Below, one piece after another: positions 23,879-29,937 of a stretch of 29,937 nt of DNA. The stretch covers positions 1-29,937 of IMG/VR virus record IMGVR_UViG_3300017903_001647; one strand, written 5' to 3'. Origin of the DNA: a virus. Its lineage: Duplodnaviria; Caudoviricetes. Below the pieces are notes generated by a model. That model did not search any database and was not told the origin of the DNA. It worked only from the letters and a program-made list of their open reading frames with translations. The translations under genes were made by a program, and so were the position numbers. The stretch's first letter is position 1. Each line of letters starts with the position of its first letter.

Positions 23879-24828
23879 TTTTATTTACAGCAGATTGGCA
23901 TATTAAATTAGGGCAGAAAAATGTTCCTATACCTTGGGCGTGTACCCGTTATAAATTATTTTTTGAACAATTAGAAGATATAGTTGCAGAAAATAAAGTC
24001 AGTTTGCATATCATTGGTGGGGATTTGTTTGATCGAGTCCCCTCAATGGACGAACTTACACTTTACTTTGATTTTGTAAAAAATGTTAAATGTCCAACAA
24101 TTATCTTTGATGGTAATCATGAGGCAACTAGAAAAAATAAAACATTTTTTACAAATTTAAAAAGAGTTACTGAAGAATTGAATCCTCAAGTAAGAGTTAT
24201 AACAGAAACTTACTATAAAGATGACTGGGCGATTCTTCCTTATGCAGATTTACATAAAAAGAATAGTATAGAAGATATAAACACAGAATATTTATTTACT
24301 CATGTTCGTGGAGAGATACCTCCACATGTTAGTCCTGAGGTAGAACTAACTAGATTTGATAAATTTAAAACTGTATTTGCAGGAGACTTACATGCTCACG
24401 AGAATACTCAACGAAATATTGTATACCCTGGCAGTCCTATGACTACAAGTTTTCATAGAAATTTAGTAAAAACAGGGTACCTTCTTATAGAAGATGACTG
24501 GTCTTGGACATGGCATCAATTTGATTTACCTCAACTATTACGAAAAACAGTATCAAGTACAGAAGAAATGATACAAACAGAGTGGCACCATACTATATAT
24601 GAAGTAGAGGGTGATGTATCAGACTTGAGCGGGGTCAAAAATTCAGACCTATTGGACAAAAAAGTAATTAAGAGAAAGACAGAAGCCACTCTCATATTGG
24701 ACAAAGAGATGACGATAGAAGAAGAATTAGGAGAATATCTATCGTACATATTAGAATTAGATGAATCAAAAGTTAAAAAGATTATAGGAGTTTTTAGTGA
24801 TAACGCTCAAAAAGCTATCGTGGAATAA
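23875..24828 (+). CDS. D12: SbcD/Mre11-like recombination nuclease (T5 D12)
   Basis: ADWH, GGDLFD, GNHE, GDLH, YPGSP. GTG start at 23875 (GTGA overlap). Confidence 0.9.
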   Translation: MILFTADWHIKLGQKNVPIPWACTRYKLFFEQLEDIVAENKVSLHIIGGDLFDRVPSMDELTLYFDFVKNVKCPTIIFDGNHEATRKNKTFFTNLKRVTEELNPQVRVITETYYKDDWAILPYADLHKKNSIEDINTEYLFTHVRGEIPPHVSPEVELTRFDKFKTVFAGDLHAHENTQRNIVYPGSPMTTSFHRNLVKTGYLLIEDDWSWTWHQFDLPQLLRKTVSSTEEMIQTEWHHTIYEVEGDVSDLSGVKNSDLLDKKVIKRKTEATLILDKEMTIEEELGEYLSYILELDESKVKKIIGVFSDNAQKAIVE

Positions 24829-26614
24829 TTGTTTTAGTTATGGCTCAAACAATGAAATAGACTTACAGAAAAATACATTAACACAACTTATTGGTACAAA
24901 TGGTGCTGGTAAGTCTTCTATACCTCTAATTTTAGAGGAAGTTCTATTTAATAAAAATTCCAAAGGTATTAAAAAAGCAGATATTGCAAATAGACAAGTT
25001 AATAATGGTTATGATATTAGTCTTGACTTTATTGTAAATGAAGACGAGTATCACATTGATGTACTTCGTCGTGCAAATATTAAAGTAAAGTTACTTAAAA
25101 ACGGTGAGGATATTTCTTCACACACTGCGACAAATACCTACAAAACATTAGAAGAAATTATTGGGATAGACTTTAAGACTTTTTCACAGATTGTCTATCA
25201 AAATACCAATGCAAGTTTGCAATTTCTTACGGCCACCGACACAAACCGTAAGAAATTTTTGATTGATTTATTGCAGTTAGATAGATATGTATCTTATTTT
25301 GAACTATTTCGTGAGCTTTCTAAAGATGTTGGCTCCCAAATTTCTCGAGTAGATGGGAAAATTGCAACTATTGAAAAATGGTTAAATGACAATAAATTGG
25401 AAGATACATCACTACTATCAAAAATGGATTTACCAAAAAATTCAGAAGAAGACGAGAAAACTTTACGTTCATTACAAATAGAATTTCAAAATATCTCTGA
25501 AAATATCAAAAAGATAAATCAAAACAATCATTATAGAAAAGAGTTAGAGTCCATAGATATTCATGAACATAGAAGAATATTAAGTGAAAATCCTGAAAAA
25601 GTAGATACTTCGGGGTATCTTACAGGACTTGGCAGTTGGAAATCAGAAATGTTACATGAACAAAACATGTTAAATAAATATCAAAAATTACTAGATACTG
25701 AAGACCATGTTTGCCCTACTTGTGGAGAAGATATAGATGTTACCTTCATTAAAGAGCAAATGGTAGAGCATAAAGAAAGGATAGAAAGCTGTGAAAAATT
25801 TTCGAAAAAAGATAAAGAAAAACTTGCAGAGGCGCAGAAAGTCAATTCACTTCATGAAAAAGCAAAAGAAGGAGTTAGAAAGTGGGAAGAAATCTTTAGA
25901 AGCATAGACCAAAATTTAACTAGCACTCTTCCAAATGCAGATGAGATAAGAAAACAAATTGGTATACTAGCAGAAAAGAGAGAGCGACAAGAAAGAAAAT
26001 TAAAAGATGCTATAGAACATAACAATAGTGTAGAAAGACATAATACTCGTATTGGTATTATATTAGAACAAACGGAAGGATTTGAAACAGAACTTATAGA
26101 ATTAACAGAAAATTTAAATGCTATAGAAGATAAGTTTTCAAGTATAGAAATATTAAAGAAAGCATTTAGTACAAACGGACTACTTGCTTACAAAATAGAA
26201 AATCTTGTAAAAGATTTAGAAGAGTTAACAAATGAATACTTAGCAGAACTAAGCGATGGTAGATTTAGTTTAGAGTTTGTAGTTCTAAATGATAAACTAA
26301 ATGTTATCATAGAAGATAATGCTAAGTCCGTTGATATACTTGCACTAAGTGCGGGCGAGTTAGCAAGAGTAAATACTGCTACTCTACTAGCTATAAGAAA
26401 GCTAATGAGCAGTATTTCCAAGTCTCAAATTAACATTTTATTCTTAGATGAGGTTACAAATGTTCTTGATGAACTTGGAAAAGAAAGATTGGTAGAGATA
26501 TTATTAAAGGAAGAAAACTTAAATACTTATATAGTATCTCATGGATGGACACACCCACTTTTAGAAAAAATAGAAGTGATTAAACAAGAGGAAATGAGTT
26601 ATTTAAATGAATAA
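24797..26614 (+). CDS. D13: SbcC/Rad50-like ATPase (T5 D13)
   Basis: GTNGAGKS, Zn hook CPTC, LSAGE, FLDE, VSH. Confidence 0.93.
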   Translation: MITLKKLSWNNCFSYGSNNEIDLQKNTLTQLIGTNGAGKSSIPLILEEVLFNKNSKGIKKADIANRQVNNGYDISLDFIVNEDEYHIDVLRRANIKVKLLKNGEDISSHTATNTYKTLEEIIGIDFKTFSQIVYQNTNASLQFLTATDTNRKKFLIDLLQLDRYVSYFELFRELSKDVGSQISRVDGKIATIEKWLNDNKLEDTSLLSKMDLPKNSEEDEKTLRSLQIEFQNISENIKKINQNNHYRKELESIDIHEHRRILSENPEKVDTSGYLTGLGSWKSEMLHEQNMLNKYQKLLDTEDHVCPTCGEDIDVTFIKEQMVEHKERIESCEKFSKKDKEKLAEAQKVNSLHEKAKEGVRKWEEIFRSIDQNLTSTLPNADEIRKQIGILAEKRERQERKLKDAIEHNNSVERHNTRIGIILEQTEGFETELIELTENLNAIEDKFSSIEILKKAFSTNGLLAYKIENLVKDLEELTNEYLAELSDGRFSLEFVVLNDKLNVIIEDNAKSVDILALSAGELARVNTATLLAIRKLMSSISKSQINILFLDEVTNVLDELGKERLVEILLKEENLNTYIVSHGWTHPLLEKIEVIKQEEMSYLNE

Positions 26615-27008
26615 ACCAAATTTATATAGAAGAACAACATTGTTCATTGTAGATAGTTGGCGATTAGTCATGAATGCAAAGTATAATCCACTTAAACATA
26701 TTCCTGACCCTAGTTTACAAACATATTTTATGTTAGTACTATTCACAATGTGGTCAGTGTATTTCGGATTTGTCGCATCTTATTACATGGGATGGTTAGG
26801 TTACAATACAGTTATCAGCATTATAGTTCATGCTGGTGTATTAATACCTTTAGCATTTACAAATGCAATCTTCTTAGATGCAGAAAGAGACAATGCTCCA
26901 TGGTTATATCAATGGAGACAAGAGCAAGAACAATGGAAGTTCTGGCAAAATAGACCTTCAACGAAAGGTCAGAACATAGTCAAATGGGACATTGATAAGG
27001 AAGCGTAA
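26607..27008 (+). CDS. two-TM membrane protein
   Basis: Two hydrophobic helices, coupled at both ends. Confidence 0.7.
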   Translation: MNKPNLYRRTTLFIVDSWRLVMNAKYNPLKHIPDPSLQTYFMLVLFTMWSVYFGFVASYYMGWLGYNTVISIIVHAGVLIPLAFTNAIFLDAERDNAPWLYQWRQEQEQWKFWQNRPSTKGQNIVKWDIDKEA

Positions 27009-27433
27009 TGAAAGGATATATATTAACAATCTGTTTAGCCCTGACAGGAACAATAGTAATGGCATACAATAATTTAGAATATAAAAATGTACCTCGTGTA
27101 CACGCTTGTTACGGAGAATGTTATGCAGAGTATGTTGCAATCAATGGAACTCCTGCAGAGATTGAAAGAAGAAAACAAGCTCTAGCAGCTGAAGACGAGT
27201 TCTCTTCAATCAGAAGTCTTTGGGCAGGTTGTGCCGCTTGTCATGGTAATGATGGACAAGGCGGTATTGGCCCAATGTTAGCAGGTCAAAGTTCAGATGA
27301 TATTATAAATAAATTAACTATCTATAAAAATAGAGGACAGATTGGTGCTCAATCTGCTCTTATGTGGGGTCAAGCAGGTATGCTTACCGAAGAAGAGATA
27401 GCAACTATTGGTAAATTTGTACAACAATTATAA
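27008..27433 (+). CDS. class I cytochrome c (c553/c4-like) with N-terminal signal/anchor
   Basis: CAACH heme motif (27230-27244), GPMLAGQ, distal Met in SALMWGQA, LTEEEI..IGKF helix. Confidence 0.88.
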   Translation: MKGYILTICLALTGTIVMAYNNLEYKNVPRVHACYGECYAEYVAINGTPAEIERRKQALAAEDEFSSIRSLWAGCAACHGNDGQGGIGPMLAGQSSDDIINKLTIYKNRGQIGAQSALMWGQAGMLTEEEIATIGKFVQQL

Positions 27434-27633
27434 TGCCTGAACAGTTAAAACTACAACTTAATAAAACTACTGAAGCTACTCCAGAAGAAGCAAAAGAGTG
27501 GTGGGAAAAAGAACTTAAGCCATGGGGTGAGAGACAAGTACCTTTAGTAGCTTTTATGGCTTTTGTTCAAGTTTTTGTTTTTTGTGGTATGCTTGCTGCT
27601 TTTTGGTTAATAGATAAAGGATTTAATGGTTAA
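27433..27633 (+). CDS. single-TM membrane protein
   Basis: C-terminal hydrophobic helix, TAATG coupling to the cytochrome c gene. Confidence 0.65.
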   Translation: MPEQLKLQLNKTTEATPEEAKEWWEKELKPWGERQVPLVAFMAFVQVFVFCGMLAAFWLIDKGFNG

Positions 27634-28117
27634 TTCACGACAAAAAGGAAACAAAGGCGAACAACAAGTCATTTCTCTACTAGAAAGATTAACAGAAGAA
27701 AAATGGGAACAAACACCAGGCTCAGGAAGTGGAAAAGTAAAAGGAGATTTAAGAGTACCTGGTAAACACAATTTATTTTGTATAGAAGTAAAATTTTATA
27801 AAGAAGTGGGATTTAATGCAAAGATATTCACACAAAAAAGTAATAACTTATATAAGTGGTGGAGTAAACTTTGCAAACAATCACAAGATATGAAACAAGA
27901 ACCGTTACTAATATTTAGAGAAAACTATGGAAAGTTTTTTGTAGTAACAGTTCGAAAACCAAAGAATACATTGCGTTATATGCATATTGCGTGGCTAGGT
28001 GCATATATAATAATCGCAGAACACTGGCTCGAAAAAGAGGAGATAGTTTTTACAAATGGCAACTACAATTGCAGACCTTGGGAGCCCAGCTCCGATTGGG
28101 AACTTGCTGATAGTTGA
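27626..28117 (+). CDS. D14: PD-(D/E)XK endonuclease, Holliday junction resolvase-like (T5 D14)
   Basis: SRQKGNKGE, PGSGSG, GDL, IEVK, PLLIFR. Confidence 0.85.
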   Translation: MVNSRQKGNKGEQQVISLLERLTEEKWEQTPGSGSGKVKGDLRVPGKHNLFCIEVKFYKEVGFNAKIFTQKSNNLYKWWSKLCKQSQDMKQEPLLIFRENYGKFFVVTVRKPKNTLRYMHIAWLGAYIIIAEHWLEKEEIVFTNGNYNCRPWEPSSDWELADS

Positions 28118-28886
28118 TGGACTAAATGTAGCTTTTCGATGGAAACACCAAAATATATTAGATTTTAAATATGACTATGTACGAACAATAGAAAGTCTAG
28201 CCAAGTCATATAAAGCAGGGACAATTATAGTATGTGCTGATGGTGGTAGTTCTTATAGAAAAGAGATATATCCAGAATATAAAGCAAACAGAAAAGAAAA
28301 ATATGCAGATCAAACTGCCCAAGAAGAAAAAGAGTTTGAAATGTTTATGGCAGAGTTTCAAGATACTTTAACTTTAATAAAAGAAAAGTATCCTGTTTTT
28401 CACTTCAAAGGAGTGGAAGCAGATGATATTGCTGCCTATATTACTAAAGAAATTAATTATGATGAATGTTGGTTAATATCGTCAGATAAAGACTGGGATT
28501 TACTTATTAATGATAAAGTTTCTAGATTTAGTACTGTAACTCGTAAAGAGACTACAATACATAACTGGGACGAACACTATGACTTTGAAGTTGAAGATTA
28601 TATCACTTTCAAATGTCTAACTGGCGATAAAGGGGACAATGTCCCAGGAATACCTGGAGTTGGTCCAAAACGCGCAGTGCAATTAATGGAACAATATGGT
28701 ACAGTTTTTGATATTTATGATGCATGTCCTTTAGAAGGAAAGTATAAATATATTCAGTCGGTCAACGAAAATGCAGAACAACTTCTACAAAACGTTGAGC
28801 TAATGGATTTAATTACTTACTGTGAAGATGCAATAGGAATAGAAAACAAAGAAGTAATAAAAAATACTTTAGGAAAAATATTATGA
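28056..28886 (+). CDS. D15: flap endonuclease / 5'-3' exonuclease (T5 D15)
   Basis: IVDG, YRKEIYPEYKANR, EADDIA, SSDKDW, GDKGDNVPGIPGVGPKRA. Confidence 0.95.
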   Translation: MATTIADLGSPAPIGNLLIVDGLNVAFRWKHQNILDFKYDYVRTIESLAKSYKAGTIIVCADGGSSYRKEIYPEYKANRKEKYADQTAQEEKEFEMFMAEFQDTLTLIKEKYPVFHFKGVEADDIAAYITKEINYDECWLISSDKDWDLLINDKVSRFSTVTRKETTIHNWDEHYDFEVEDYITFKCLTGDKGDNVPGIPGVGPKRAVQLMEQYGTVFDIYDACPLEGKYKYIQSVNENAEQLLQNVELMDLITYCEDAIGIENKEVIKNTLGKIL

Positions 28887-29937
28887 TAGATATAGATTAT
28901 AGTAAAGATAAACTTTTGACAGAGTTTAGTCATAAAACTCTAGAAGATCGTTATCTTGTGGGAGATGAGAAGTCTCCTCAAGAAGGATTTGCAAGAGCTG
29001 CACAAGCTTTTGCAGACAATGAAGAACATGCTCAAAGACTGTATGATTATGCAAGTAACTTATGGTTTATGTTTTCAACACCTGTTCTTTCCAATGGAGG
29101 GACTCAGCGGGGTCTCCCAATCTCATGTTTTCTCAATCATGTAGAAGATTCGAGAGAAGGAATTACAGGACATTATACAGAAAATGCTTTTCTTTCATCT
29201 TTTGGTGGAGGAATAGGTGGAAACTGGAGTTCAGTTCGAGCTCAAGGTACAAAAACATCAAAAGGGTCTGAAAGTACAGGTGTAATACCATTTGTAAAAG
29301 TGGTAGACTCCGAGATGTTGGCGTTTAGTCAGGGAGTTACTCGAAGAGGTTCATATGCTGGTTATTTACATATGTCACACCCTGAAATAGAGGAATTTCT
29401 TGATATAAGAAAACCTACAGGCGGAGACACAAATCGTAAATGTCTTAACCTACATCATGGAGTTGTCATTCCTGATAAATTCATGGAAATTATACATAGA
29501 GCTACCAAAGAAGAAGGCTTTGATGATTCTTGGGAGCTAATCGATCCACATAGTGGAGAAGTGAAAAAAGTTGTAAGTGCACGAACATTGTGGGTAAAAT
29601 TACTCCAGAATCGTATGGAAACTGGAGAACCTTACTTAATGTTTGAAGATGCGGTAAATGCAGATACACCAGATTTTCAAAAAAGAAAAGGATTACGTGT
29701 ACATCACAGTAATCTTTGTTCTGAAATCACACTTGCAACAAATGAAGAGAGAACAGCAGTTTGCTGTTTATCGAGTGTAAATTTAAAGTATTATGATGAA
29801 TGGAAGAAAGTACCAGCTTTCATACCAGATTTAATTCGTATGCTCGATAATGTGTTGACACATTTTATAGCAAATGCTCCAAAAGAGATGGAAAAAGCAA
29901 AGTTTAGTGCTATGCGTGAAAGAAGTCTTGGATTAGG
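28883..29937 (+). CDS. nrdA: ribonucleotide reductase class I alpha subunit (3' truncated by the window edge)
   Basis: Absent from the ORF track and read by hand: MIDIDYSKDKLL...FSTPVLSNGG...GLPISCF...GGGIG...SQGVTRRGSYA...HPEIEEFL...ETGEPY...SNLCSEI...CCLSSVNL...RSLGL. Confidence 0.95.
   Translation, partial: MIDIDYSKDKLLTEFSHKTLEDRYLVGDEKSPQEGFARAAQAFADNEEHAQRLYDYASNLWFMFSTPVLSNGGTQRGLPISCFLNHVEDSREGITGHYTENAFLSSFGGGIGGNWSSVRAQGTKTSKGSESTGVIPFVKVVDSEMLAFSQGVTRRGSYAGYLHMSHPEIEEFLDIRKPTGGDTNRKCLNLHHGVVIPDKFMEIIHRATKEEGFDDSWELIDPHSGEVKKVVSARTLWVKLLQNRMETGEPYLMFEDAVNADTPDFQKRKGLRVHHSNLCSEITLATNEERTAVCCLSSVNLKYYDEWKKVPAFIPDLIRMLDNVLTHFIANAPKEMEKAKFSAMRERSLGL

Noticed and set aside
450-27140. 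Many minus-strand ORFs of 60-116 aa (e.g. 450-668, 4741-4992, 5399-5701, 9792-10142, 12318-12596, 26188-26421)
   Set aside because: All are antisense to well-supported + strand genes, with the Ser/Phe/Ile-rich composition typical of shadow frames.
14048-29271. Alternative-frame + strand ORFs inside D5, pol, the 26607 gene and nrdA (14048-14230, 19923-20108, 26750-26953, 28956-29144, 29062-29271)
   Set aside because: Out-of-frame overlaps of clear genes, with no recognisable motifs.
1-29937. Stop-codon reassignment
   Set aside because: Long core genes are intact in the standard code, and TAA, TAG and TGA all end genes at sensible, often coupled, positions.

Overview
AT-rich, gene-dense fragment of a T5-like (Demerecviridae-like) lytic dsDNA phage, probably aquatic and infecting a Gram-negative host (two-component spanin, proteobacterial-type bS21). 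From left to right: (1) small accessory genes including a MazG-like pyrophosphatase; (2) a ~500 bp structured intergenic region where the strands converge; (3) a minus-strand operon of an HTH protein and ribosomal protein bS21; (4) Hsp20 with a structured 5' leader; (5) a lysis cassette (GH24 lysozyme, i-/o-spanin, holin-like membrane proteins); (6) a DenV-like glycosylase and glutaredoxin; (7) the T5-syntenic replication block: D2, D3, PC4-like, split NAD ligase A/B, D5, D6 helicase, primase, family A polymerase, D10-D15, then NrdA running off the right edge. Inserted in this block are a peptide deformylase, a peroxiredoxin, a cytochrome c and two GIY-YIG/T5orf172-like nucleases. Four observations stand out. 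A complete tRNA-Glu(TTC) with encoded CCA is nested on the sense strand, without breaking the frame, inside a promoter-driven ORF (11023-11099 in 10958-11257). Eleven near-consensus sigma70 promoters are present, and seven place an ATG at the predicted transcription start (leaderless mRNAs) in a phage that carries its own bS21. The hsp20 leader has tandem ACCGAAAGG hairpins overlapping its Shine-Dalgarno. A long rod-like RNA with its own promoter lies at 2900-3080. All family calls come from motif recognition and synteny, not database searches.
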